63,183 nt of DNA from Acidobacteriota bacterium (GCA_022561975.1 JADFQD010000003.1:1-63183), one strand, 5' to 3'. Numbered from the stretch's first letter, positions 25,882-35,400 are shown. Notes: a model not told the origin generated them from the sequence alone. A program made the numbers and translations.

Positions 25882-27830
25882 TCGAGGATACCTGCGTTGC
25901 TTCTGTAGAGGGCTCGGTATTCGTTGACCATCCTGTCGGTTGTACTGAGGTCGCCGGCGGCCAGCGCCGCCCGAGCCCGATCCATGAGTCCCGCAAGCCG
26001 GTCCAGTAGCGGCAAGTTAGCGGGATCTTGCACGTCCCACTTGTGGGCGCGGATCTCGAAAGCGATGGTTCCGAAGGTCGTGTCGATGAGGTTGGTCTCT
26101 CCCCGCTCGACGAGCAACTCGTAGGGCGACAGGAAAAAGTCGAACTCCTCGAGTTCGGAAGCCAGGGTATACACGGTGTCTTCGTAGGCTTCGATGCCGT
26201 CGCCGACGGTTTCGAGATAGGCGCTCAAGTCCATACGCTGGCTCCCGCTCAGCCGTAGAGAATACCGATCGTTGAACCAATCCACGACCTCTGCCAGGGT
26301 CGCCAGGCGGCCGTCATGGAAGTACGGCGCGCTATATTTGATGCCCAGCAGAGTCGGTGTGTCGAGCGCTCGGTCTCTCGAGTCGGGCTCGGCACCCCGG
26401 AACGTGCCGATGTCATGTCGCTTGCGGTCGAGAAAGTGATCCGAAGGGTCGTGGCAGGAGGCGCAGGAGCGGCCGGCCATGTTCGCGAAGGGCCGGTTGA
26501 AGAGAGCTTCACCGCGGCGAGCCGCGGCCGGCGCCCGGGCGTTCAGAGTGCCGTCCGGCTCGAGGGCCGGGTTGGGCAGGAACTCGAACTCGAGCATGTA
26601 GGCAACGAGAGCGTCGAGCAGCATCGGCTCCGGTTCTTTTCCTGAGAACTCGTTGACGATGACGTTACGGATGAATTCGCGCAACGAATCGAAGCGGCCG
26701 TTGCGCCCGTAAGGGGCAGTGAAGCGCAGACCGCGCAGGTCGGGTATGTCGAGCGGATCGAAGATGCCATTGTTGGCGTGAGCGCCGAAGAAGCTGTTGG
26801 AAACGTCCATGCCGCCGGGAATCCGAGACAGCCCCGGGATGAAGAAGTTCGGATTCGTGACGCCCTTGTTGTGGCAGGTGTTGCAGGTAATGGCGAGCGA
26901 GCGGGCCGGCTCTCCGAAGATCAAGGCGCTGTCGAAGGCCATGTCACCGAGAGCGATCAGGGGCGTTTCGCGCTCGTCGACGCCGCGGGTGACCATGCCC
27001 AGAATCTGTCGCGGTCGCGGGATCTGCTTGTTGACGTTGAAGCCGGGCGGCAGTCGCTGGCCCGGGGAGTAGGCGTCGCGGGCTACGCCGGGAAGCGCCG
27101 CCAGCCGAGGAAGGGTTGGCCCGCGGGTCTGAGTTCCGACCTGATCGATGAAGTTAGCGTCCAGGTATTCGACGATTTCTCCGGATTCTTCGTCGAACGT
27201 CGCCGTGTCCGGCCGCCGAACACCGATGCCCTCGAGGCCCGGATAGCCGAGCGCGGACACCATCGCCAACCAGCATTCGCCCAAGCGGACGAACTCGGCG
27301 GGCTGAGCCGCTTCGATCGCCGGCTCGAAGGCGGCCCACATCTGCCGGGCGCGCTCGAAGTGGGCCGAGGCCGACGAATAGTCTGCCAGGTTGGCGCGGG
27401 CGGTGTCCAAATCGAGTCGAATGGCGCGCGCCACGGTCCGGGTTGTGCGCGACAGAACCCGGTGCGCGATCAGCCGTCGTTTGTCCGCGGCCGGCATGGT
27501 GTCTTCGTCTTTGGCTGCGACCCGAGCCAGGGTTTTCTTGCCGAGCTTGCGTAGATCGACGGCGCCGGCCGTGTCGAAGCTCTCGAGCTGAGCGGCGATG
27601 GCCGCGAGATCCAGGTGGACCGAATCCCACGGAATCGGGTTCAAATTGAGCAGGAACTCGATGCGGCGGTAGCTGGTGGCGACCGGGTGGAGCTGCTGAG
27701 GCGGCACGATATGGGCCCGAGCCGCGGGATCTGCGGCCACGAGAATTGTCAGCACGGCTAGGACCCCGAGGGCCCTTGATGCCCGGCCAGGCCGAGAGGG
27801 GGGCGCAGTATGTCGAGCGTTTCGAGGCAT
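25878..27830 (-). CDS. di-haem cytochrome c peroxidase/MauG-family protein with an unplaced ~300-aa N-terminal domain
   Basis: Signal peptide LGVLAVLTILVAADPAARA. Two CxxCH sites (ITCNTCHN, RSCASCHD). CCP-type TPTLLGIKYSAPYFHDGRLATLAEVV. 650 aa. Confidence 0.85.
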   Translation of the reverse strand: MPRNARHTAPPSRPGRASRALGVLAVLTILVAADPAARAHIVPPQQLHPVATSYRRIEFLLNLNPIPWDSVHLDLAAIAAQLESFDTAGAVDLRKLGKKTLARVAAKDEDTMPAADKRRLIAHRVLSRTTRTVARAIRLDLDTARANLADYSSASAHFERARQMWAAFEPAIEAAQPAEFVRLGECWLAMVSALGYPGLEGIGVRRPDTATFDEESGEIVEYLDANFIDQVGTQTRGPTLPRLAALPGVARDAYSPGQRLPPGFNVNKQIPRPRQILGMVTRGVDERETPLIALGDMAFDSALIFGEPARSLAITCNTCHNKGVTNPNFFIPGLSRIPGGMDVSNSFFGAHANNGIFDPLDIPDLRGLRFTAPYGRNGRFDSLREFIRNVIVNEFSGKEPEPMLLDALVAYMLEFEFLPNPALEPDGTLNARAPAAARRGEALFNRPFANMAGRSCASCHDPSDHFLDRKRHDIGTFRGAEPDSRDRALDTPTLLGIKYSAPYFHDGRLATLAEVVDWFNDRYSLRLSGSQRMDLSAYLETVGDGIEAYEDTVYTLASELEEFDFFLSPYELLVERGETNLIDTTFGTIAFEIRAHKWDVQDPANLPLLDRLAGLMDRARAALAAGDLSTTDRMVNEYRALYRSNAGILE

Positions 27831-27881
27831 CGTCGTTAGCAGGTTTGTCCTCTAGGGGGAGAATATTTTGAACACTCAAAA

Positions 27882-27910
27882 AGTGTAGACCGGGCAACTC
27901 TATTTGTCAA
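27882..27910 (-). promoter_or_regulatory. sigma70-type promoter of the peroxidase-phnDCE-barrel operon
   Basis: On the minus strand: TTGACA (27910-27905), 17-nt spacer, TACACT (27887-27882), in an AT-rich patch. The inverted repeat ACACT-CAAAA-AGTGT (27872-27886) overlaps the -10 box. Confidence 0.5.
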
Positions 27911-27952
27911 GGGCTTCAGAATTGCCCAAGGCCGTCAGCGGGTGCCGAGAAT

Positions 27953-29500
27953 TCAGGGTTCCAGCCAGAACGCTCGCGAGTCGGCCTCGGGATCCATGAG
28001 AACCGGCTCCGAGGGTCCGGACGCTGTGAGAATTCGGGTGGAGCGCGAGACCGGATCGTAGCGCGGCCAAGCCGACATTTCCGAGTCACGCGGCACCCCG
28101 CTGTGCGCAAAAGATAGCCAGGCATCCTGCATCACAGTCGAGAGTCGATCGGCCTGCTTGCTCCCCAGATAGATCGGCTTGAGCCACGATGTGCGTTGGG
28201 TGCCGAAGACCAGCGGTATCTCCGCGGCATGACAGGCGCCGAGGGCGCGGCGGAATGCCGGAATCGGATAGTCGAAGCGATACATAAAGCTCTTCGAGCC
28301 GGTTCGCGCGAGCGATTCGGCGAGCGCGATCGCCGGCATGCGGAAATACTCGTCGCTGCGGAAGGCGACCCAGGCCTCGTAGGCCGTTTGCCGGCTGCCG
28401 CGCTGCTTGGTGATCTCGCGGTAGAGTGCGGCCGCCTCGGCGGCTGACCGGTGGCCCTGGCCGCTACGCTGGAGGAGGCGACGAATGCGCCGTTCGAGTT
28501 CGTCGAAGCCCATCGCCCGGAGCGCGATCGAAGCCGAGGTGAAGAGCTTCCATTCGTCTCGATTGGTTCCGATCAAAACCTCGGTCCGGCGGGCGCCGTG
28601 GTGCTCGAGCATGGCGAGCGGCTGCTTCGGGAGAAGGTCTCGGTCTTCGCACGGCTGCCAGGGTAGGCGGCCGATTCTGTCGCTTCGGCCCAGGAGCACG
28701 GAGTGCTGTGCCTTCAGAAGATTCTTGACGCTCTGAGCACGAAGGCTCTCGAGGTCGCCTGCTCCCAGGCCCAAGGCGCCGAGAAAGCGTTCGGCCACAT
28801 AGGCCGACTCGCCTTGTGTCGAGATGTTGGCGCACGCTCCGCTCTGGAGAATGGCTCGCCGGAAAAGAGGCGATGCCGTGGCCAGCAAAGCGCCGAGACT
28901 CATGGCGCCGGCCGATTGGCCGAACACCGTGACATTGCCGGGGTCGCCGCCGAAGGCCTGGATGTTGTCACGCACCCATTCGAGCGCTGCGATCTGATCG
29001 CGCACCCCCAGGTTCGATGGCGCATCGGGGCGCGACGAGAGAGCGGCCAGATTCAAGAAACCGAGAGCGCCCAGACGATAGTTGAGGGATACCACCACAA
29101 CGCCGCCCCTGGCGACCAGGGACTCGGCGTCGTAGAGAAAGGTCGAGCCGGCGCCGAGCACGAACCCACCGCCGTGGAGCCAGACCAACACCGGGCGTTT
29201 CTCTTCGTCGATCGCCGGAGTCGACACGTTGAGCGTCAGGCAATCTTCGCTCATCGGTCCCCGCACCAGTCGTGAAATCTGGCTGATCGGACCCAGGCGA
29301 CCTACGGCGAGTTGTGGAGCCGCGGGCCCCGGTGCCATGGCGTCGCGTACCCCGGACCAGGGTTCCGGAGGGTGAGGTGGGGCGAAACGCAGTTCGCCGA
29401 CCGGCGGCCTCGCGAATGGAACCGCGCCGAAGTAGATGCCGGATTCGAGAATTCGTCCGCGCAGCCGCCCGCCGGTTGTATCGACGGTCCGTGTTTTCAT
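27953..29500 (-). CDS. type-B carboxylesterase/lipase
   Basis: Motifs FGAVPFARPPVGELRF, oxyanion VWLHGGGF, nucleophile elbow FGQSAGA. 515 aa. Confidence 0.92.
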   Translation of the reverse strand: MKTRTVDTTGGRLRGRILESGIYFGAVPFARPPVGELRFAPPHPPEPWSGVRDAMAPGPAAPQLAVGRLGPISQISRLVRGPMSEDCLTLNVSTPAIDEEKRPVLVWLHGGGFVLGAGSTFLYDAESLVARGGVVVVSLNYRLGALGFLNLAALSSRPDAPSNLGVRDQIAALEWVRDNIQAFGGDPGNVTVFGQSAGAMSLGALLATASPLFRRAILQSGACANISTQGESAYVAERFLGALGLGAGDLESLRAQSVKNLLKAQHSVLLGRSDRIGRLPWQPCEDRDLLPKQPLAMLEHHGARRTEVLIGTNRDEWKLFTSASIALRAMGFDELERRIRRLLQRSGQGHRSAAEAAALYREITKQRGSRQTAYEAWVAFRSDEYFRMPAIALAESLARTGSKSFMYRFDYPIPAFRRALGACHAAEIPLVFGTQRTSWLKPIYLGSKQADRLSTVMQDAWLSFAHSGVPRDSEMSAWPRYDPVSRSTRILTASGPSEPVLMDPEADSRAFWLEP

Positions 29501-29527
29501 GGTAAGTCAGCCGGCGAGAAGAAAGGG

Positions 29528-31396
29528 CTAGCTCTCGACTTCGCGGACGTTTTTGAGAACGAAGGCTTCGGTGTCGAGCGACGCCTCGAGGGCGGTGCGA
29601 AACGCCTCACTCGAAAGCGCTCCCGCGGGCTTGGCGAAGCGCTGCTCGAGCCCGAGCACGAAAGCCCACCAGACCTTCTCCCGCCGGGAGATCTCGACCG
29701 CGTCCTTGATCTGGCCGAAGTTCTGGACCCACTTGTTGTGCCGGCAGAGCATGCGGAACGAGTGCTCGGCGCTGGGCCGCTCGGGCGAAAGACCGAGAAT
29801 TTCGACATCCTTTCCGACCTCGTGGATCGGCTGCCCCCATTCGCTGTACCCGGAGAAGATGCCGCCCAGTTTCTCGAGCGCCTTCGCGGTTCGTCCCTGT
29901 CCCAGCCGGGTCAGCACCTTGGTCAGCAGCGGCAGGGTGACGGTGCGATGAAGGGTGGGTTCGGCGAGCTTGATCTTCACGTCCAGCTCCTCGCCCACGA
30001 TCGTTCGGATCTGATCCGAGGTTACCCGGGTGTCGCTCGCCAGATGGACTCGTTCGCCAACGACATCGGGCTTCTTGAGCGCCGCGAGGATGCCCTCGAC
30101 CACGCGGTCCACCGGAATCAAGTTGATCTGTGCCGAAGGGTCGCCCGGAAAGATGCAGGCCAGACGAGCGATGATCGCCGCCTTGGAACGGTCGCGCCAG
30201 CGGCCGCTGGTCGTCGCAAGGGCCTGTTTCGCGCGACCGAAGACGTTGACCGGCGCGTTCACGACCTTGGTGTCGCCGCGGTTATTACCGGCACGAGATT
30301 CCCCGATGACGATCGCCGGACACAGCTGTGCCAGGCGCAGGCCCTTCTCCAACATGAAGCGCTCCGCCTCGATCGACGCGATGGCCTTGGTCAGCTCGTA
30401 GTAGTTGTTGTAGAAGTTTCTCGGGAAAGCGATCTCGTCCTCGAGCGCCTGATCCTTGGTTTGCCGGCCGTGAATGTAGGAGGTCTCGATGCCCACGTGC
30501 GCCACGAACGGGCTTCCCGGATGCGACTGGAGGCCGAGTGAGAAGTGGAGCGCGTTGAGGCTGCCGTGGACGTTCGCCCGGAACGATTTCTCGTAGGGAT
30601 CGTCGAAGGCCACGCTCGCCGCGCAGTGGATGACGTGGGTAAGGGTCGAGCGAAGAGAGTCGAGTTCCTCGGCGGAGATACCGAGGTTCGGTCGCTCGAC
30701 GTCGCCGGCGATGAAGCGGAACTTGGCCGCGGCGCCGCTGTCGGCGAGCCAAAGCTCCTCGAGCAACCGTCGCCCTCGCTCTGCCGGGGACAGGGTTTCG
30801 AGAACCTCTCCGGTCTTGCGATCCTTGATCTCCTTGGGTCGGATCAGGGTCACGAGTTCGGCGATGTCCGGGTCGTGGGCGGCCTGCCAGAGGACCTCCT
30901 TGCCGACGAAGCCGGTTCCGCCGGTCAGCAAGACTCGCAGGGCGAGCCGACCGTTCTTGCGGCGCCCCTCGAGCTCTCGGCGGGCCGCGGTCTTGAGCTC
31001 GGAGAGTCGCTCTTCGATCTCCTGGTGCGAAAACTCGTGGCGCTTGTAGCGAAAGTAGTACTCGCGATCTTTGAGACCGAAGAGTTTTTGCGCCAGTTTC
31101 TTCGGGTCCTGTTTGCCGATCATGCGCGCGAGAATCCGAGAGGTCCTGTGTCCCAGCCGGCGCATTTCTTTCATCTTCTTGCGGGCCAGGCTCTCGTCGC
31201 CGGTGGCCTTGATCACCCGGCTCATCATGAAGCGGGCATGGATGTCGACCAGGTGATAGTCCCGGTGACTATGCACCAGGAGGCGCCGGGGCTCGAAATC
31301 GTCTTCGAGCACTTCGCCTGTTGCCAGGCTCACCTTCTCGATGTAGCGGGATGGCCACATCTCGGGGGGCAGGTTGTGAATCTCTGATGTGGTCAC
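29528..31396 (-). CDS. fatty acyl-CoA/ACP reductase-like SDR (NAD_binding_4 / thioester-reductase type)
   Basis: GTG start after AGAGG. Motifs LLTGGTGFVGK, HCAASVAFD, YxxxK (YELTK). Extra ~150-aa N-terminal and ~200-aa C-terminal regions. 27 nt upstream of the esterase gene. Confidence 0.85.
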   Translation of the reverse strand: MTTSEIHNLPPEMWPSRYIEKVSLATGEVLEDDFEPRRLLVHSHRDYHLVDIHARFMMSRVIKATGDESLARKKMKEMRRLGHRTSRILARMIGKQDPKKLAQKLFGLKDREYYFRYKRHEFSHQEIEERLSELKTAARRELEGRRKNGRLALRVLLTGGTGFVGKEVLWQAAHDPDIAELVTLIRPKEIKDRKTGEVLETLSPAERGRRLLEELWLADSGAAAKFRFIAGDVERPNLGISAEELDSLRSTLTHVIHCAASVAFDDPYEKSFRANVHGSLNALHFSLGLQSHPGSPFVAHVGIETSYIHGRQTKDQALEDEIAFPRNFYNNYYELTKAIASIEAERFMLEKGLRLAQLCPAIVIGESRAGNNRGDTKVVNAPVNVFGRAKQALATTSGRWRDRSKAAIIARLACIFPGDPSAQINLIPVDRVVEGILAALKKPDVVGERVHLASDTRVTSDQIRTIVGEELDVKIKLAEPTLHRTVTLPLLTKVLTRLGQGRTAKALEKLGGIFSGYSEWGQPIHEVGKDVEILGLSPERPSAEHSFRMLCRHNKWVQNFGQIKDAVEISRREKVWWAFVLGLEQRFAKPAGALSSEAFRTALEASLDTEAFVLKNVREVES

Positions 31397-31461
31397 GGCT
31401 ACCTCTGGGGAGGGTTCAAATTAACCGTTGCTCTTTCGAGGCGCAAGTGTCCGGCGGAGTA

Positions 31462-31521
31462 GGAAGGGACACAATGCGTAAGGCTGCGGCATTGGGTCGC
31501 CTTACGTATTGTGTCCCCTTC
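31462..31521. repeat. 23-bp near-perfect inverted repeat with a 14-nt spacer
   Basis: GGAAGGGACACAATGCGTAAGGC (31462-31484) pairs with GCCTTACGTATTGTGTCCCCTTC (31499-31521). There are 19 consecutive pairs with one G-T, then a 1-nt bulge, then 3 more pairs. Confidence 0.85.
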
Positions 31522-31583
31522 TCCCCCACTCCTGGAAGAAAAGGCTGTCTTGGATTGTTGTCACAGGAGGAGTCACCCGAAGA

Positions 31584-33368
31584 ATGTCCGAGCCCACGAG
31601 AATTCCAGCCGGCGGCGAAAAGCGCGAAGGGTTCGCAACCCCGGAGCGCGCGATGCGGAACATGCTGCATGCGATTCGCGATCTCGATTCGAGCCGGGAT
31701 CTCTCCGAGGGTTTGAAGCGCGTCGCCGAGACGGTCAAGCGATCGATCCGATACGACACCTTCGCTGTTCTGCTCCTCGACGAGATGGGCAGTGAGCTTC
31801 GGTTCGTCCACGCGGAAGGGTTCCCGGACGAGGTCGTAGAGCACTGGCGGTTCGGAATCGGCCAGGGCATTGTCGGCACCGCCGCCGAGAGCCGCGAGAC
31901 CCTCAACGTGCCCGACGTTCGGGTCGAATCGCGCTACATCTCGGCTGCTGACGAGGTCGGCTCCGAGATCGCCTTGCCGCTGCTGGTCAAGGACCGGGTG
32001 ATCGGCGTTCTCGATGTCGGGTCGAAGCAGCCCGGCTTCTTCTCCGACGGCGACGTCGAACTCCTGGAGCTTCTGGCGGATCATCTGGCGGGTGCTATCG
32101 AGATGGTCCGAATCCATCAGAACATGCGCGAGCAGGCCAGCTCTCTCTCGCTGTTGCACGAGATGAGCCGCGAGATGACCTCGATTCTGAACCGTCGCCA
32201 GCTGTTGCGGAAGGTCGCCGAGAGGCTACGGCAGATTATCGACTACGACGTCTTTTCGGTGATGCTGTGGGACGAGGGCAAGCAGGTGCTCGAGCCCTGG
32301 TTCTCGGTCTACCGGGATGGGCGCAAGGTGGACTGGGCGGGCCCGGTTCGGCTCGGAGAAGGCATTTGCGGCACCGCGGCGGCTTTGCGCCAGCCGGTGC
32401 GGGTGACCAACGTGGATCTCGATCCTCGTTACGTCGCCTGCCCGTCGGAGATCAGGGTTCGATCCGAGCTGGTGGTGCCGTTGTTGTTCAAGGACCGCCT
32501 GATCGGTGTGCTCGACCTCGAGAGCTCGAAGTACAATGCCTTCTCGAACCGGCACCAGCAGCTGCTCTCGACCATGGGCTCGTCGCTGGCCATCGCCCTC
32601 GAGAACGCCCGGCTCTACGAGAAGCTGCGTCATGACGAGCAGCGGCTCGAGAAAGACCTTTCGACGGCACGCGAGGTGCAAAAGCAACTCCTGCCCAAGC
32701 AGACACCGTGGCTGCAGGGGGTTCAGCTCGGTGTGGCCTACCAGCCGGCGCGCCATCTGGGGGGCGATTTCTACGACTTCTTGCCCTACGGTGACAGGTG
32801 CCTCGCCGTGGCGGTAGGTGACGTGGCCGGCAAGGCGACGTCGGCGGCTCTTTTGGGCTCTTTGGCGGTCGGGACCCTGCGCGAGTTCGCGGCCCGGAGC
32901 CATCTGCCTCCCGGCCGGATCCTGGCCGCGATGAACGACAAGCTGGGCCGGCTGGGTTTCTCCAGCCGCTTTGTCGCCATGGTGTTCGCCGTCTACGACG
33001 CCGAGAGCAGAGTCCTGACGATTGCCAATTCGGGTCTGCCCTATCCGTATCTGGTGCGCGGGCGAACGGTGCGGCGAATCGAGGTGGCGGGAGTGCCTCT
33101 GGGCCTGCTGCCGGATCGAAAATACGAAGAAGTCGAGATCGAGCTCCAGCCTGGAGATGCCGTGGTGATCGCATCCGATGGCGTCGAGGAGAGCCTCAAC
33201 ACGAGCGAGGAGGAGTTCTCGTTCGCCCGGGCGCGGGGTACGCTCGAAAGACTGGCCGACCGATCGGCCAGTCAGATAGCCGACGGGCTCCTGGACGCGG
33301 TGCGGGCGTTTTCCGATGGCGCCGAGATCTCGGACGACCGCACGATTCTGACCCTCAAGGTCGATTGA
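31584..33368 (+). CDS. GAF-GAF-PP2C (SpoIIE-family) protein phosphatase
   Basis: AGGAGG lies 14 nt before ATG 31584. Two GAF domains (GIVGTAAESRETLNVPDV; GICGTAAALRQPVRVTNV). PP2C motifs GGDFYDF, VGDVAGKA, ASDGV. Confidence 0.9.
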   Translation: MSEPTRIPAGGEKREGFATPERAMRNMLHAIRDLDSSRDLSEGLKRVAETVKRSIRYDTFAVLLLDEMGSELRFVHAEGFPDEVVEHWRFGIGQGIVGTAAESRETLNVPDVRVESRYISAADEVGSEIALPLLVKDRVIGVLDVGSKQPGFFSDGDVELLELLADHLAGAIEMVRIHQNMREQASSLSLLHEMSREMTSILNRRQLLRKVAERLRQIIDYDVFSVMLWDEGKQVLEPWFSVYRDGRKVDWAGPVRLGEGICGTAAALRQPVRVTNVDLDPRYVACPSEIRVRSELVVPLLFKDRLIGVLDLESSKYNAFSNRHQQLLSTMGSSLAIALENARLYEKLRHDEQRLEKDLSTAREVQKQLLPKQTPWLQGVQLGVAYQPARHLGGDFYDFLPYGDRCLAVAVGDVAGKATSAALLGSLAVGTLREFAARSHLPPGRILAAMNDKLGRLGFSSRFVAMVFAVYDAESRVLTIANSGLPYPYLVRGRTVRRIEVAGVPLGLLPDRKYEEVEIELQPGDAVVIASDGVEESLNTSEEEFSFARARGTLERLADRSASQIADGLLDAVRAFSDGAEISDDRTILTLKVD

Positions 33369-33393
33369 CGTCGTCTCGAGTTACGATTTGCGG

Positions 33394-34122
33394 ATGCCGT
33401 CCGCGAGAATCTGCCTTTGGTCGGGGCCCCGCAACGTATCGACCGCGCTCATGTACTCTTTCGCTCAGCGCGCGGATACTCTGGTCATCGACGAGCCCCT
33501 GTACGGGCACTACCTGCGGGTCAGTGGCGTCCGGCACCCCGGCCGTGAGGAAGTTCTGGCGGCGGTGGATACGGATGGCGAGCGAGTTGTCCGGGAAGTG
33601 ATTCTGGGGCCGAGCGAGCGCCCGGTGCTGTTCATGAAACACATGGCCCACCACCTGGTCTCTCTGGGCCGGAAATTCTTGCAGGAGACGGTCAATGTCT
33701 TGCTGATTCGGGATCCCCGCGAAGTCCTGGCGTCACTGGTACATCAGCTGCCGAATCCGAGCCTCGCCGACACCGGCGTGGCAATGCAAAGCGAACTCCT
33801 CGAGCAACTCGAGAGCCGGGGCCGGCCGCCGGTGGTCCTCGACTCCCGTGAGCTCCTCCTCGATCCGTCCAAAGTACTGGCGGCGTTGTGCGAGACCATC
33901 GGTATCGACTTCGACTCGGCGATGCTGTCGTGGCACCGAGGTGCGCGGCCCGAAGACGGAGTCTGGGCGCCCCATTGGTACGAGAGCGTGCATCGCTCGA
34001 CCGGGTTCGCGCCCTATCGGCCCAAGACCGAACCGTTCGCCGAACATCTGTTGCCGCTGCTCGCAGAGTGCCGGCCGCACTACGATCGCCTGTACGAGCG
34101 TGCGATTCGAGCCGGAGGCTGA
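33394..34122 (+). CDS. sulfotransferase-fold (P-loop-like) family protein
   Basis: Motifs ICLWSGPRNVSTALMYSF, LVIDEPLY, FMKHMAHH, LIRDPREV. Confidence 0.7.
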   Translation: MPSARICLWSGPRNVSTALMYSFAQRADTLVIDEPLYGHYLRVSGVRHPGREEVLAAVDTDGERVVREVILGPSERPVLFMKHMAHHLVSLGRKFLQETVNVLLIRDPREVLASLVHQLPNPSLADTGVAMQSELLEQLESRGRPPVVLDSRELLLDPSKVLAALCETIGIDFDSAMLSWHRGARPEDGVWAPHWYESVHRSTGFAPYRPKTEPFAEHLLPLLAECRPHYDRLYERAIRAGG

Positions 34123-34129
34123 TTACGAG

Positions 34130-35104
34130 ATGAAAGAGTACCTCCCGGACGAACTGCCCGACCCGCGCAACGCCGAGATCAAGGTCCATGTGGGAGGCGA
34201 GCTCCTACCGAGGAGCCAAGCCAAGGTCTCGGTGTTCGACAGCTCGGTCCAGGGTGGCGATGCTGTGTGGGAAGGGTTGCGCGTCTACGACGGCAAGATT
34301 TTTCGACTCGATGCCCATCTGGATCGCCTGGAGGCCTCGGCTCATACGCTGGCGTTCGAAGGTGTCCCGAGCCGGAGCGAAATCAAGGCTGCGATCTTCG
34401 AGACGCTCGAGGCCAACCGGATGCGCGATGGCGTCCACATCCGGCTGACCTTGACCCGCGGACCGAAGGTCACCTCCGGCATGAGCCCGGCCATGAACCT
34501 GGCGGGTTGTTGCCTCATTGTGCTCGCGGAATGGAAGGGGTTGGTGTATGCGGAGAACGGTATTCGGCTGATCACCGCTTCGGTGCGCCGGAACTCGCCG
34601 CAAACGCTGGACTCGAAGATTCACCACAACAACCTCATCAACAACATCCTGGCTAAGATCGAGGCCGACGTCGCCCGAGTCGATGATGCCGTGATGCTCG
34701 ACCTGCAGGGGTTTCTTTCGGAGACCAATGCCACCAATCTCTTCATCGTTCGCAGTGGCGAGTTGTTGACGCCCAGCGCCGACAGCTGCCTACCCGGGAT
34801 CACCCGCGGCGTGGTTCTGTCGCTCGCCCGAGGCGACGGAATACCGGCGATCGAGCGCAACCTCAGTCTCTCCGAGCTCTACAGCGCCGACGAGGCATTC
34901 ACGATCGGTACGGCCGGCGAGCTGGTTCCCGTGGTCGAAGTCGATGGGCGGGCCATTCATCCCTACCGGAGTTGTCGCGAACAGGGGCCTGAGCAGGGGT
35001 CCGAGCCGGGGCTCGAGCGCGTGCCCGGTCCGGTCACCCAAAGACTCCAGGTTCTCTTCCGGGAACTCACACAATCTGCGGGCGAGCCCCTACCCTCCTC
35101 GTAA
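34130..35104 (+). CDS. class IV (branched-chain/D-amino-acid) aminotransferase
   Basis: Starts 7 nt after the previous gene. Motifs VFDSSVQGGDAVWEGLRVY, FRLDAHLDRL, ETNATNLFIVRSGELLTP, LPGITRG. Confidence 0.9.
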   Translation: MKEYLPDELPDPRNAEIKVHVGGELLPRSQAKVSVFDSSVQGGDAVWEGLRVYDGKIFRLDAHLDRLEASAHTLAFEGVPSRSEIKAAIFETLEANRMRDGVHIRLTLTRGPKVTSGMSPAMNLAGCCLIVLAEWKGLVYAENGIRLITASVRRNSPQTLDSKIHHNNLINNILAKIEADVARVDDAVMLDLQGFLSETNATNLFIVRSGELLTPSADSCLPGITRGVVLSLARGDGIPAIERNLSLSELYSADEAFTIGTAGELVPVVEVDGRAIHPYRSCREQGPEQGSEPGLERVPGPVTQRLQVLFRELTQSAGEPLPSS

Positions 35105-35214
35105 TCGCGGGCCATTTGACATCTCGCAAGACTTTCTGCAACATGAACCATCGTTTCCGCGGGTGCTCCCTCGAGGATCGTCACGCGGCGGCTCTCTAGG
35201 CTCGGGCGGCTAGT

Positions 35215-35400
35215 AGAGCTGGGCGGGTTGGGTCCTGCCGATTAGTGGGTACGCCCAGAAAGGAGGTGGTCCAGTGGAATTTGATAAACGCGGTTTGATG
35301 GAGGTGGTGTCCTCTTAGAGGGCTCTCCAACGCGCCGTGGCGCACTGGAGGTGACCCCGAACGGAAGGGGGAACCCAACGCCACCGAAACAAACCATCTG
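35215..35400 (+). ncRNA. candidate structured RNA / cis-leader of unknown class
   Basis: Lies in a 398-nt gene-free gap. Local 7-bp hairpin 35219-35258. Loop GTTGGGT is complementary to ACCCAAC at 35374-35380. Three GGAGGTG copies (35262, 35300, 35347). Followed by a strong terminator hairpin. Confidence 0.3.

Noticed and set aside
35215-35400. Assignment of the structured element to a known class (glycine, cobalamin, SAM, TPP, guanidine-I, c-di-GMP, SRP, 6S, RNase P, tmRNA).
   Set aside because: I compared it by eye with the consensus cores I remember. The diagnostic boxes (e.g. CACCGAAGGGGCAA, GGTGAAATTCC, CTGAGA, GAAAGTCCGGGC) are absent. Only a covariance-model search can settle this.
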